A stretch of 64,000 nucleotides of DNA from the human T2T-CHM13v2.0 reference genome, Homo sapiens. A program made the translations under genes and the position numbers. Below the pieces are notes generated by a model, which searched no databases, was not told the DNA's origin, and saw only the letters and a program-made list of their open reading frames with translations. Shown one piece after another: positions 1-17,504 of the stretch. The stretch is from assembly GCF_009914755.1 (NCBI RefSeq), contig NC_060933.1. One strand, given 5' to 3'. Within the stretch, counting starts at the first letter, position 1. Each line of letters starts with the position of its first letter.

Positions 1-2598
1 AATAAAAAATAAATGTAAAACTAGCTGCAATATCAAATTATTACAATTTATGTACTGAGATCAAACAATTCATGATTTCCTTCAAGGGCAGGAACATAAT
101 ATATTTTTGCCTCTGGGGAGGGGGGATGACCCTTTAAGAGAAGGAAGGATTCAGTACTTTCTTTGCTTGTGGGTTTCCTCTTGTTCACTTTTGATCTAGA
201 TATTGGTTATGTTCCAGTCCTCCTGCATATGCCCAAGAGGATTGGGAGTGGAATGGACACCAGCAGAAGCACCACAGTTATTCCTGTAGAGATTAGAAAC
301 AAGGAGCTTATTGCCCTGCTTGTCAAGGCTCAGGACAGACAGGAGGAAGAAACAAGTATAAAGGTTTTGGTTTTGGAAAGAAGTTGGAATCTCCAGACCC
401 TGGGACCTTAAGATCCACAAAATTGCTGAAAGAAAAAGTACTACCTTATTGAAAGGTAAGATATTAAACTGTTTTAAGGTTTAAGCTATGTTAGCCACAG
501 TAGCATATTTTCATAAACTATGAATTCAAGCAGTCACTTCTGCCAAACTGAAGTTTTTATGACATCGCCACCCATCCAGCCTTGCTGGTGAGATGGAGAC
601 CTATGTAGTGGAGAGATGCATATTGCAAGGAAAAACCTTCACAAAAGTTCACTCGTTTTTGAAATAATGTTTACTGAATGCCAGGCACTGTACTAGGCCT
701 TGGAGTTACCCTACCTACTTTCCAGAACTTCTCATTCTAAGAAAAGAAAAAAACTGATGATTACAATGTGATAAGTGCTATAATAAATAGGTACCAAGTG
801 TAATAAGAACGATCCAACTGTCTGGGGCAGTAATGTTTACATTCTAAAGGATTAATAGGACTCATGAGGTTCAAATTAGAGAGAAATAGACATTTGAAGA
901 CATAGGTATGAAAAGGAACATTGTGTTGGAATAACACACCAAATTCCAGAAATTGCTGTCTGAATGTTTGCTATGGGTAAAAGAGGGGAAACTGATAAGG
1001 GATGTTGCTAGGTAGGTAAGTTTGGACCAGTTGTGAAGGCCTGGTGGCATGCAAAGGAAATTTTAACTTTGGCCATGGGAAAGCACTGGAGATTAAAAAA
1101 AAAAAAAAAATTGTGTGGCTACCTTAGTTCAAGATGAGTACGAAAAAAATAAGAATGTACCTTAGCTTTCTACTTGAGTCCCAGAAGGATGGTCCTTCTT
1201 ATTATGTCTTTTCTTTGCTAATATTCTTGGTATCCTCTTGTTCTTACTAGGTTGATTCTAAACTTTGTAGGTTACTAAAGAGCAGAATTTTGACTTAGGC
1301 TGTTGAGAACTCCTAAGTTTTACCTATTTGTGCTGCTCTTGATTCTAAAGTATATGCATGCCTCACTGATCATCATCAGTATGCATGAAAACTGATCATT
1401 TTCTTCATTTTGGAGAGAAAGCTTTAAGCCCTAGAATGGAGATAAAATAAGTTGAATAAATGCTGTAACGAGGAAGTGGCCAACTTTTTAGTCTAATCAT
1501 GGCCAAAACAGGGTCATAAATTTGTGGTGACCCTAAAGAAAAGAAAACCATCCAAAGAGAAGTCAGACTTGACCCTGAGATGTCTTGCAGGAATTTGGTA
1601 GTTTGAGGACTCCATTAGGGGACCTTGAACAGATTGCACAGGCTCTGCTTGCAGTAGAGAGGCCAGACACAAGGTATAAATTTTGGAGTTGCTTGTGTTG
1701 GAGCATTAGTTGACCATTGTGTTAAAGGAATTCAGGACTTGGTAAAGTCAATAATCTAGAAACCAGTGAGAAAATGGTGACCCTGGTGAAAGATCTGAGT
1801 GAAATGTTTGAAGAGGGATGATATCTACGTTCTGTAGAACAGAGATAAGAGAACAAAAAGAGAAGATAGTCACTGGACACATGATGTCCGCTTACCAGAT
1901 TTCAACGACACTCCAAGACCTTACTCCATATACTTCAACCAGGAGGAGTGCAGACAGCCGGGGCAAAGGGCTGCACAGAGACAATGAGGCTCATAGGAGT
2001 CTGATCTCCGTGTGGCATTTCGTTTAAAAGCTACATGTAATCTAGTTGTAGCAAGAAGAATTGTACTTGAAGAAATACGTTTCAAAAGGCATCTGTCATG
2101 ATTGGGATGCCGAGTTAAAGTCAAGGATTTAAGGCGCCAAAACGGCATTTCTATAAAATTAGCCCAAAAAGCAGAGGGAGAATGGGAAAATTCTCAGATG
2201 ATTTCTTGAGGTACTCAAAAGGAGACACATGAAGAGACACAGGCTTTAGTCTTCAGCGCTGTCTGTGTGATCCTTATATAGGTTTACCCTTTCTAGGTTA
2301 GGAGCTCTGGAATAGGATGATGACTTAAAGAAGGAGTCACGGATTGACAGTTGAGGCATATAGCAGCTGCCACAAGAAAATCCTTTTTGACTGAAGAGAA
2401 CATACAAGGAGTGAATCTGAAAATAATACTAGCTTGAGCTCACACCTCGTTGTATAACTGAGAGTTTTCATATTGGCCCTCCATATAAATATATTCGTAT
2501 CTAATTAAGCTAGCTACTAGTTTACATCGTTTCATATACTGGTGAGAGGTAAGAAATTGTTTGAATGTAATGAATATGGGAGAACTTACTGAGAATGA

Positions 2599-2967
<369 letters not shown>

Positions 2968-3158
2968 TAGTCATTAACAAATTTCTTACTTTAAATCTAA
3001 AAAACTACATGTTGGAGGACTCAGAAGGTGATCCTAAACAGACCCCAGAGAATCTGTCTGCAGTAGCAAGGCACTAAGTTTAGATTTTGAAATGCCTTTA
3101 GCTAGGAATCTGCAGTTAATAAATGTTGAATAATTCATTCCTCTAAGATAAAAAAAAC

Positions 3159-3432
3159 TTTTTTTTTTGGAGACAGGGTTTTGCTGTCTTGCCCAGACTG
3201 GAGTGTGATGGCATGATCACATAAGTGATTTCCCACCTGGGGAACATCCTGGGAAGCTGGGACTATAGGCACATGCCACCATGCCCTGTGCAAATACAAT
3301 TTTTTTTATTTTTTGTAAAGACAAGGTCTCACTATGCTGCCCAGGCTGATCTCAGACTCCTGGGCTGAAGCAATCCTCCCGCCTTGGCCTTCCAAAGTGT
3401 TGGGATTACAGGCATGAGTCACCACACCTGGC
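3159..3432 (-). mobile_element. Alu (J), internally deleted
   Basis: Diverged Alu consensus. Confidence 0.9.
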
Positions 3433-4383
3433 AAAACAGACTTTTGTTTTTGTAATGGTTTTTATTATACTCATATATAGAGATTAAATAATTTGTTTTG
3501 ATTTTATAATAGTTTTTATCTTTAATTTTTTTGAAAATGGGGCAAGTTGGAAAATGTAATAGGTTTCCTGTGAGATAAAGAACAAATCGTGACCTGGTTT
3601 AATAACTCTGCAACCTGCATAGCTCAGTACAACATTGCATTTATCCCTGTTAGAAATTGATTAGAATCAGAGAATATATTTTTTTAAATGTTTTATCTGT
3701 GAACATACAGAGCAGCATTTTGGAATGCTATAATTCTTTCAAGGAGTTGGTATCGGTAAGGAAGATCTATATGTTACCTCATTTGTGACCTGGGCTGGAC
3801 AACATATTATAGTGATGAAGTACTACATGTTTGTAACATGTTTTTGTATAATGTTTGTTATTTGATATTCACAACAACAGGGATTGTTAGCTCTTTTTGT
3901 GAATGAAGAAGGAGGAGGCTCAGAGAGGCTAAATATTTTATCTAAGGTCATAAAGCTAGACTTTGACCGTTGGGCTGCATGGGTGTCTCAGTGTTTCTTT
4001 GGGATGGGCATAATTCAGTTTTGTAGGCACAGACTGGCTTCACCTAGTTTTTGCTTTTAGCAGAAAACTATCTATACAAGGCTGGGACGTGATTGTGAAT
4101 ATATACAAGAAATAAGCATTAAAAAAAAATCAACAGTTAAGAGTAGTTGTGAACAGGCTTTTATTAGCACCAAGCATCAGCTAAAAAGGCTGAATGGTTA
4201 ATAAGTGTTTTTATTTTTCCAGGAGGACTAACAATACTCAAGAACTTAGAGAAGTATTTTTGTTATGCTTTTATATCTAACATTGAAGTTCTGAAAATTT
4301 ACATGGCTTTGAAGAGCAATGGGAAATTTTTTGATTTTGACAATTTCAGTATTTTTACTCAGATTAACCTTACATAATTATAA

Positions 4384-4695
<312 letters not shown>

Positions 4696-5116
4696 TAACT
4701 GCGAGTATCTTCTTGTAAAATTTTACTTCTAGTTGAGATCTGTTTTAGTCATTGGCAATGTTGGAATCTTTGTCAGTGGCAAATCTAAGAAATTGTTGAA
4801 GAATGTCATTACTACTACAAAACAACCCCTCAAAAATCCAGACCCTTTTTCATTGTTCCCTCTGGAGTATTTTCTACATAATAGCCAGAGTGAACGTCAG
4901 CTAATTCATATCATTTACCTCTGTAGGACTTTTCCATGACTTACCATTAAACTTGGGAGAAATCTGAATTCCTTAACCTGGCCTAACAAGTCCTGGCACC
5001 AGTCACCAAATGCCAGTAGTGCTTGCCATCATTATTGTAACAACCAGAAATGTCCCATGCATTTCTGTGTGCCCCTTTAAGGGTGCTTCTGCTCAGGTTG
5101 AAAACCACTGAAATAG

Positions 5117-5437
<321 letters not shown>

Positions 5438-5625
5438 AGGAACTTTTTATGTTGTAAAGTATCACAAAAATTTAACTTCTGCCTGAAATAAGTTTTCCCT
5501 GTTATTAAACTAGCCATTCCTATCACATGCTCCTTTAAAGGAAATGAACAAGTCAAATGACTAGAATGAAGCAATCTGCTTGTTTGAAAATTACTTCTCC
5601 AGTTTCATTCCCAGAAACGATTCAG

Positions 5626-5930
<305 letters not shown>

Positions 5931-6813
5931 GACATTCAATTTTTATGAATAAAAACTACATTGGAAACTAAGGTGGTATGTTTAAAATGTGTCAGCATTT
6001 GTAGAACGATTTACCCTTTCAAAGGGGAGAGCAGGGATAATTTTACTTTTTTGTTTTAAACAATCTAATACTGTAGTAACTTTTAAAAAAATATTCTTAA
6101 TAGATTGCTACTATTGCAGGGTATTATTTGTATGTCTGCTATATTCATTCAGTTAATCAGGAGCTGAAATTTATGGAGGTACTATGTGAGGAGCAGGGCA
6201 TTTTCTGACAAATGCTTTATGGTTGAATACATTTATGAAGTAAGTTAATGTTCTCCTGTCCAAATAGGTAGAGTTCAACCATATTTGAGTCTCGCATCAG
6301 AATAGGATGAGTGCCACTGTGATATATGCAGATTGGCTTAGGAAAAGAGATGGGAATGAATGTAGTTGCCTGAGTCTATACACTATGAGTTTTTTAAACA
6401 AATTCCTCACCAGCTAGATTTTGCCATTTAACTCTTTCTCTAGTAAGTAGGTTGCTGTTTAAAAAAAAAGAAAAAAAATTTTTTAAAGTGATCTAGGGAA
6501 GAGCCAAATGGTAAAGATACGAACCACAGGTGTGGTATGATACATTGATTAGCCTTTGACCTTGGGTCACTGACTGCAGCAGTGATTTTTGGCTCAGCTC
6601 AGAGTTTACCTTACTTATCCAGCCTTCAGATCCTGTGTACGCATGGGCTTCGTTCAGTTGTGTCTTTTACTTACAAAGTAAGATCTTTGAGATCCCTATT
6701 TTTAATTGTAATGGTTTCTTGGGAGATGGTATTCACCGAGACTCTATCATTCCTTTAATTTAGATGAATTTGGGTAATGAAAATGACTCATTGTTCTCTG
6801 TTAATTATTCTAG

Positions 6814-7308
<495 letters not shown>

Positions 7309-8009
7309 TAAGTGTCATCCACCTGACCAAGTTAAAATCAGGTGTATTATAATGAGGGATCACAGAAGTGTGCTCACATTTCTGAAATCCTAGAGTTAAA
7401 CAATTAGTAAAGACCTTTTATTGAAAGTAGGACTCTATTTGGTAGTGAGACGGTGGGTTTTTAACCTGTAATTTCTCTTTTTAGAGGATGAACTTCAAAT
7501 ACTTTAATCAACAAATTATGAAAACGTTTTAAGAATGTTAAACTGCATTGGAATGATATGCATGTTTGCAAGGGTGTTACAACAACTTTTGGGTAACTGC
7601 ACTAAAATTTGGCCCTTCCCAAGTTTTCTTCCAATACTGTAAACCTAGCCACAGAGACTTAAAAAAAAAAAAAAACAACAGAGTAAGACGTGGAAATTTT
7701 GTTGAGATGACTTCATTTCAAAATAATTGAGCACAAGATATTCTGCGTAATAACTGACATCTATAGAAAGTTACTTTTGTTTTACTTTTAAATTAAATCG
7801 AATTACTGTAATGCCTCTAAACTTTCAGGCATTTTAATAAATGCTTTATGCTACAGTTGTCACCTACAAAAATTACTTCGAGGTGATCCGCTACCTAGCC
7901 ATCATGTTAAAGGGATTAGCAGTCTCATTATCATAATGACACTGTTTTAGATTCAGGATAAAATTCATTGGCTATTATGTTAAATATAAGAATAGAGCAC
8001 AGTGAAACC

Positions 8010-8156
8010 TTTTTGTTTTCTTTCTTATTTTTATCATATAGTGTTGGGGTTTTGCCATGTTGTCTAGGATGGTCTCAAACTCCTGAGCTCAAGCAATCTG
8101 CCCACCTTGACCTCCTAGAGTGCTGGGATTACAGGCATCAGCCACTGCACCCAGCC
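8010..8156 (-). mobile_element. Alu monomer (FLAM-like)
   Basis: Left-arm-only Alu. Confidence 0.8.
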
Positions 8157-8344
8157 AAAACCTGCTTAAGAAGTCTGAGATACATTAGTTTTTTTAGTTT
8201 CATAGTCATTTCATTTTGTATGTGATGTCCTAAATAGATTTCACTGAAATTAAAGTTTTGGTCTGAATTATATTTATGTAAATTAACTTACTGTGAATTG
8301 CCCGATGTTTTACCAAGTATACCTGTTCATAAAAGTGTTATTTA

Positions 8345-8646
<302 letters not shown>

Positions 8647-8965
8647 TGTTATTTAGTTACAGCGTACCAGTTAGCCAGTTAGCTCCTAAACTATTTGAAA
8701 AGCTTGTTCTTTTAAGTACTTTTTTAAAAGTTTAAAAGTTTTCTTTTTTAAGAAGGTAAAGCAGCTCAATCTGCAAAACTGTGTCTTTCTTAGGGTGCTA
8801 TTGTGGGGTGAATTATATGTTATTGTATGAAGTTGTCTTAGTCTTTACTTCCTAATATTTGGAAGTAAAATAATTTCTTTCCAAAATTTGATGTGGCTGT
8901 GAAACTGGCTAAGACAGCTTGTTCATTTTGCTTTAGTTGACAGCATTAAAAGTTACAGAATTGCA

Positions 8966-9225
8966 GGCTAGGTGCGGTGGCTCATGCCTGTAATCCCAGC
9001 ACTTTGGGAGGCCCAGGCAGGCAGATTGCTTGAGCTCAGGAGTTCGAGACCAGCCTGGGCAACATGGCGAAACCCTGTCTCTACCAAGAAAATACAAAAA
9101 ATTAACTGGGCGTGGTGGTGCCTGTGGTCCTAGCTACTCGGAGGTTACAGTGAGCCAAGATTGTGCCACTGTATTCCAGCCTGGATGACAGAGTGAGACC
9201 CCATCTCAAAAAAAAAAAAAAAAAA
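8966..9225 (+). mobile_element. Alu with right-arm deletion
   Basis: Alu consensus, poly(A) tail. Confidence 0.92.
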
Positions 9226-9551
9226 GTTGCATAAATGCAGATGTTCTGTGTTCTCACAAGTTTTAACTCTGTGGTTTATTTAACCTTCTTTGGAAACTTT
9301 AATTTAAAAAAATGAAAAATTCATAATTAGATGAAAGTAGGTGTAAGTTCAGTTTGGAGATAAACATGTATGTAAGGTCATTTTGTTCCTTGGTTAAGAT
9401 CACCAAATCTGAAAGTCATCAGTTAAATTTACAAAGACTATATTAAAAAAATAAAGTTTTGATTCTTTAATATTAGACATTAGTTGTAGAGAGGAAATGT
9501 TAAGCCCTTTAAACTCAGTCAATTTTCATTGAGGAAAAGAATGTATTCCTA

Positions 9552-10217
<666 letters not shown>

Positions 10218-10276
10218 TAGTTCTTATACAGGTTGTTCTTTCATGTTTAACACTGAATGTTAAAATGGTAAATTGC

Positions 10277-10304
10277 AAATAAATAAATAAATAAATAAAT
10301 AAAA
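10277..10304 (+). repeat. (AAAT)6 microsatellite
   Basis: Direct reading. Confidence 0.95.
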
Positions 10305-10331
10305 TGCTTAATTGTTTAGTATTTTAGGTGA

Positions 10332-10583
<252 letters not shown>

Positions 10584-10800
10584 AGATTGATGGAATGCTA
10601 CTATGCCAAACCTTAATTGTGATATTATTTTCATAACTGAATTATTTTAGAAATGTATCAATTGACTGCTGCTCAGCAGTAACTAAAATTCCTCAAGTAT
10701 TTGATTAAACAGAATAATGTCAAAATTTAAACCTTCCCTTAAAACTTTATACATAAGACATTTATGATTGTTCAATTTTTATAATCTATTTGTGGATTTT

Positions 10801-10913
10801 GTTAAAAGATTTCACATGAAGATTTATTAGTTGCCATTTAAAATTTTTATATGTTTAGTTAAAAGATTTGACATGAAAATTTATTAGATACCATTTAAAA
10901 ATTTTATGTGTTA
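10801..10913 (+). repeat. 57-bp tandem duplication in DNAJC25 3'UTR
   Basis: gttaaaagattt(c/g)acatgaa(g/a)atttattag... twice. Confidence 0.92.
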
Positions 10914-11686
10914 TGTGTTTATTCTTTGAGAATGTTACCTTACTGTTTGTAATAGTGCTACATTTTTCTGCTTTCATGGCCTCTGTATTTTCACAAAACA
11001 CCAAAAACAGCATTTAATTATATTATCATGAGTGTGTTTCTGGACACAAACTTCTGCAGTAGAATGACCTAACATGTCGTTTTCATTGCAGTCATTATAG
11101 GATTGAAATACGTTCAAAATAACCTCTCTAGGAAAGTCTTCTGCTAGAATTTCTCCCCTCTATTCATTATAATATTCTTTGTTTTTAAAGCCAGTCAAAT
11201 ATAATAGTCTTAATAAGATCAGAAACTCTCCAGGAGAGTGAGTCTACCCTCACGTCCTTGTAGGATGATCTTGATTATAGTCTTATTATAGGACTATAAC
11301 TGTATTCTCAACATTTCTCCAGAAAGGACCTTGTAAAAAGGTCTTTTGTACCACAGTATTGGTTTTTTCCCCTCTCTCTTCACTTAAAAAAAAAAATAGC
11401 AAGGCAGAAATAGTGTATTGAAAAGTTGTTCATCTATTATGAAGTCCTTGAGTGGTGAAAAATCCGTTGTACATGAGAACATTTCTATGCATTTAAGCCA
11501 GAAACGAGGTACATGGCTGTGTGCTCTTCTGTCAACCAATGAAATGTGTTTTCACATGTGTGGCAGTGCAAGTAAATAACACATTATTTGACTGAATCAG
11601 GCATGATACTGCACCAAAGTGTTGGTACATATTCACGGTAGTAAATCAGTACCCCTGTTAAAGGATTTATCCCATTGCTTCATATT

Positions 11687-11747
11687 AATAAAATGGTTAC
11701 AATATATCACAAGTTTGTTGATATGACGTTTTAAATGAAACATTAAA
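11687..11747 (+). terminator. DNAJC25 polyadenylation signals (AATAAA 11687-11692; ATTAAA 11742-11747)
   Basis: Hexamers followed by GT/T-rich tracts (gtttgttg; gcttttat). Confidence 0.7.
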
Positions 11748-13156
11748 ATTGCTTTTATATAATTTTTAAAGATTAATATAGCATAGTTGATATGCAGAGT
11801 CTGTTTCTAGCTAAAGTAAGCTAGTTGTTTTGAGAGCTTAGCCCCAGTCAATGTGAGACAGAGCAGGAAGGCTCTTGCTAACGTAGACAAAGACCTGAGG
11901 CAAGGTAGTTAATCTGCGAGGACTTCAGTTGGCTCAATTATAAACTTGGGGAAGAGTCCGACCAGATTATCACTAGGGCCCTTTTGCAGCTCTAAAATTA
12001 TTTATATTTTTGTAAACTTTAGATGAAAGTGTTTTATGCATCTATTCTGTTGGAGGAGTGTGGAGAAGGTACAGAGCTGAATTACAGGTAACTGTTTTTT
12101 AGACTTCAAACGCCCACCTCTTAGCTATAGACAAAATGCCTTTCAAAGATGCTGTGGTTGCCGGTAGAGTCAGCAATCCCTGTCCTGGTGAATGTATTAT
12201 ATAGTTAACACACAATGGTATTTACCACCTAAAAACATAAGTACGTGACATATATTATGAGGACCAAAAAGAAATGTCAGTACTCGACTCTCAAAATTTT
12301 TGAATGCCTCTATTAACCTAGCGACGAACTGTAAGAGGACTGGACATGTTAGCATTCATAAGGGTTGGCTGATGAAAACAGTTCATCTTTTGATATTCTT
12401 TTGCATATGTGCTAGATTACTGTATTTCTTCCAGTCTTCCTAGAAATGTTTCCGGAATTGTCCCCAGTAGCCTGCCCACTTGGTAATGTTTGGTCAGTCT
12501 TTTGGAATCACAGTCATTGCGTGAGTCTAGATGAATGGGCCGTGCTCGAGAGAAGAACTGATTCTTCTTGCCTTCCCTCAACAGATGGACCTTATGCTTC
12601 AAAATCCTAGGGTGAAGGAAGAGCCGTTAGTTGTCACAAATGTCAGTCATGTCTTCTGGGTGTCCTTATTATCTGTACCCTGCCCATCCCTCACCAAAAA
12701 CCCAAAAGCCTCTCCATTTTAGAAACATCTGGAGAAAAATCCTGGGTAGAGAACCCCACAACTCCACTAGTTAGAACATTTTTCTCGAACTTCATTTTAG
12801 GGCTATTCCCATTGCCTTTTTGGTTGGTATTCAAGGGTTTATAGAGCATAGCTGTTCAATGCTATCTATTCGTCATTGTGTTACATAGTTGAGGTCTGCT
12901 AAGATTACCCTTCAGGTTATATGCATAACAGATATTCTCATAACAGATTCCATGACTAACTCTTCATTGCCTTATTTATGAATTCTAAGTTCTACAAATC
13001 ATAGGTTACAGTTTCATAACATGTATTAGGTCTACTCTTAAATAGGACCATTGAGATACAGGATTTTTAAAATGTTACATGAAAGAATGGTTCAGTTTAG
13101 AGAATTAACTAGTACTATTTATGTTTAGAAAATAATAATTCATTACTTTGAGGGGT

Positions 13157-13763
<607 letters not shown>

Positions 13764-14203
13764 AGTAGTAAACTGTTAATACCCAAACCTTGGAGATATT
13801 TTTCTTGAGTGGAGGCCAATTGCTAGGGTATCACTCAGCTAGTGTGAACCAGACTGCTGGCCACAAACTGAAAATAATGTGGCTTTTATTAGATAGTATA
13901 AATGGAATCTAGCTACTTTAAAACATTAAATCAAACCTGGTCTCTTTTGACTTAGAATTATACACTTGAAGCAAATAGATAAATGTTGGTATTGATACAA
14001 ACTAGTTGTGTATGGATGAATTATAATTATTTATAAAATGTGATGTTAACATTTAAATATTGGCAAAGGCCAAATCTAGAACCTAATAACTAAATTAAAT
14101 TTACTTCATAAAATTATTTCAGTAGAAACCTACATAATTAGTTGTAAACTTTAGCCTCTTAATTCTTTTTTAATTGATATATGATAGTTGTACATATTTC
14201 AGC

Positions 14204-14491
14204 TTTTTTTTTGGAGACAGCATCTCTTGCCCAGGCCGAGTGCAGTGGCTTGATCATGGCTCACTGCAGCCTTGACCTCCTGGGCTCACATGATCCTCCC
14301 ACCTCAGCCTCCTGAGTAGCTGGGACTACAGGGACTCATGCCACTATGGCTGGCTAATTTTTTGATTTATTTTTATTTTTATTTTAGTCGGGGGTCTTAC
14401 TATGTTGCTCAAGCTGATCTTGAACTCCTGAGCTCAAGGGATCCTCCTTTTAAAGTGCTGGGATTATAGGCATGAGCTACAGGGTCTGGCC
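14204..14491 (-). mobile_element. Alu (J)
   Basis: Diverged Alu. Confidence 0.9.
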
Positions 14492-15889
14492 TTAGCTTCG
14501 TAATTATTAAAGGATTTAGGATATCCTCAACAATTGTGTATGGAATGGATCATGTGGTCTCAGATCAGTGTCACAGATTCCTCCTTCCTGGTTTCATTCG
14601 GGGGTGGAGAAACTTCTGTCATCTGACAGTCTCTCCTTTATAACCTCACGAAGCACGACATAGTGGAATGACTCTGGCTTTATAACCGGATAGAACAAGG
14701 TTGACTGGGCAGGTTACTTTAACCTGTGAGCCTTGTTTTCTTTCATGTAAAGATACTATTTCAGACAGTTCTTAGACGATAACAAGGGTAAAATGCCTGG
14801 CATATATTAAGTGATCAGGAAATGTGAGTTATTTTGCCTTCAGAGGGAATAACAAAGAGTCTCATTTGTTAAAAAAAAAAAAAGCATGGTAACAGGAGTG
14901 TGTTTTGTGATGATTACAAACCCATTGTTTATTCTTTTAATACATATTTTAATCCCTTGTGCAAGGCACGGTGCTAGAGTGAAGGAGTGATGCTCCTTAG
15001 GGTTGGAATTGTGTATTTTAAAAAGCAGCTGCCTGCCCTGTTGCCACCAGTGTGCAAGGTGGAGCAGCCGAGATGACGACTCAGGAAAGAAAGAAAAACT
15101 TTCAGAGATGACAGAATGATCAGCAAGTTGCTAGTCTAAGGCCTACATTTAGTGAAGGGACATTTTCAATGTAGCAAACAGATATGCTTAGAATGGTTGC
15201 TCAAAAAGACATCTAATAGCCCTAAGTTCTGCCGTCTCCCAAAGTCTCAAAAGTACCTGTGAAAATCTCTCCAGAAAAGCCATTCTGAATCTACAAACCT
15301 GCTGGTGATTCTTTCAGCTCCTGATTCATTATTTCTGGGTTCTAAAAATAATGTAATAGGCAAAAAGAAGTAAAATAATTTTTATAGTACATGATACTGT
15401 GTCACATTAGATATAGTTATTAATGTGTTTTCCTACTCTTAATCATTTTGGAAACTATAGATGGTATATATTATTGTCATTTTGATATAACATTGGCAGA
15501 AATATCTTCCCATTATGTCATTATTTTTATGGAGAAGATTGACTCACAAACCCCTTTCCTGGAAGAATAATCCACTGTTAGTAGACAGGTGATAAAATAC
15601 AAGTCAGAGGAGTGAAGAACTGTAGCTCCTAACAGGGAAACAAATGAAACATTTGTCATTACAAGGGTAATGACATTTCTAGAAAGTTTCTTGGAAATGA
15701 GATAAGTTTGTGCTTAACCAGGGAAAAAAATGTGTGACAAAATTTGAAAGATATTCTACTGGTTACCCATGCATTTTAGCTGTAGTGAGAAGGAAAGAAG
15801 GGTACTCTGTCTCCATCCCTCACCTTCCAGAGCTCTGGAAATCACAGCACATGTGGGAAAGGCCTCTGGTCCTCTAGGTAAACCTTGAG

Positions 15890-16202
15890 TTCTTTGTTTG
15901 AGACGGAGTCTTGTTCTGTCGCCCAGGCAGGAGTGCAGTGGCGCAGTCTCACTGCAACCCCCACCTCCCGGGTTCAAGCGATACTTGTGCCTCAGCCTCC
16001 CAGGAATCTGGGACTACAGGCATATGCCAGCACGCCCGGCTAATTTTTGTATTTTAAATTAGCCAGGCGTGGTAGAAACCCCGAAGAGACGGGGTTTCAC
16101 CATGTTGGCCAGACTTGTCTTGAACTCCTGACCTCAAGTGATCTGCCCGCCTTGGCCTCCCAAAGTGCTGGGATTACAGGTGTGAGCCACCGCGTCTGGC
16201 CT
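15890..16202 (-). mobile_element. Alu (S) with internal inverted insertion
   Basis: Alu consensus; see finding. Confidence 0.93.
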
Positions 16203-17504
16203 GAATTCTCTTGAAAGCTAAAATGAAATTCTTTTCCCTGCTCCCACTTTCTGTGATACTGGGCAAGTCACTTCACTTTCCTTAGTGGATCTGTTTCCTC
16301 ATCTCTGAAATTGTAGATGCGCCGCACTATCTGATGGTTCCCTTCAACTTTGAAGTTCCATGATGCAAAAATAATGGATGAGAAGTCTTGTGGGGAAAGT
16401 GTGGAGCATCACACAGATGGTCAGCCTTCCTCAAGTACAAGTGGCGCCCGGCCTGCTTATCCATGGATCACAGACCATTCCTCTTGAACGGTGCAAAGTA
16501 ACACTGAGGTGGGCGGGGCAGTGGGTGTGTAGGGCATGAAGGAGGCAGACACAGCACACCCCTAGACTTTTCCTGCTACCTCGTGGCTGATACAGTATGA
16601 CATGGCTGACGTGTGTCCCTTCATTGAGGGCAACTCCAAAGCCTTCATTTCTAATGATTTTGAGGTAATCTCATTATTTCAGCTGCCATTGCTGTGGAGA
16701 CATCTTCACATTAACATCTTGGCTACTAAACATTTTCAGCAGCCTAAAGGCATGTAGCAATGCCATGGAAGTCACTTCGTTACTCCTAAACCAAACCCCA
16801 CATTATTTTTTACTCATCTCAAGCCAAGTCTTGTTTCCTAATTTCTGTTTTGGCATTAGTTCTGGCCCACTCTCTGCTACAGAACCCTTTGTCCTCTTTT
16901 CTTTGCATTTCATAACCACCATGAAGTACCACTGATTTTGTCTTCTAAATTTGTTCCCCCTCATTCCTACTCTAACAGTCCTACCCAGGGCCTCATTCCA
17001 GCTACTCCCCCACCATCAGCCATTTATCTTCTCAACTTCAGTTCATTTTGCACATTCATCTCAGATTAATATTCCCAAAATGCCTTACCCTGTGGCTATC
17101 CCACTGTTTACCATAAACTTTTGTGTGTATGTGAGGTTTTCTATGACTTCTGGCCCTAGCAACTTTGTATCTGCTATTAGTCACTAGAGCTTCCTCTATT
17201 TTTAAATTTATTCACTCTACATGTGTGCATCGCCTCCAGCTGTCCTCCATACTGGACTGTTCTTCCTTCTGAGCCATCTGCAAGACACGTATCTCCAAAG
17301 TCCAGCTCTCACGATCTATGATGAGCCTTTCCTAATCCAGTATGTATATCTTTGCACTGAGTTCTTTGCCATATCTTTTAAATATGAAATCATTCTATTT
17401 TGTCCTATTCATCAGTCTCAGAATTGATTGTTGAATGTTCCCAACATGTACTTTCATCTCTTTACTAAGATATATATTAATTTCTTTGTGGTGAGGAAAT
17501 TGGC

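Larger units (their letters stand above)
10584..11760 (+). other. DNAJC25: DNAJC25 3'UTR (end approximate)
   Basis: AU-rich sequence with no recognisable interspersed repeat after the stop; AATAAA at 11687 and ATTAAA at 11742. Confidence 0.75.
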
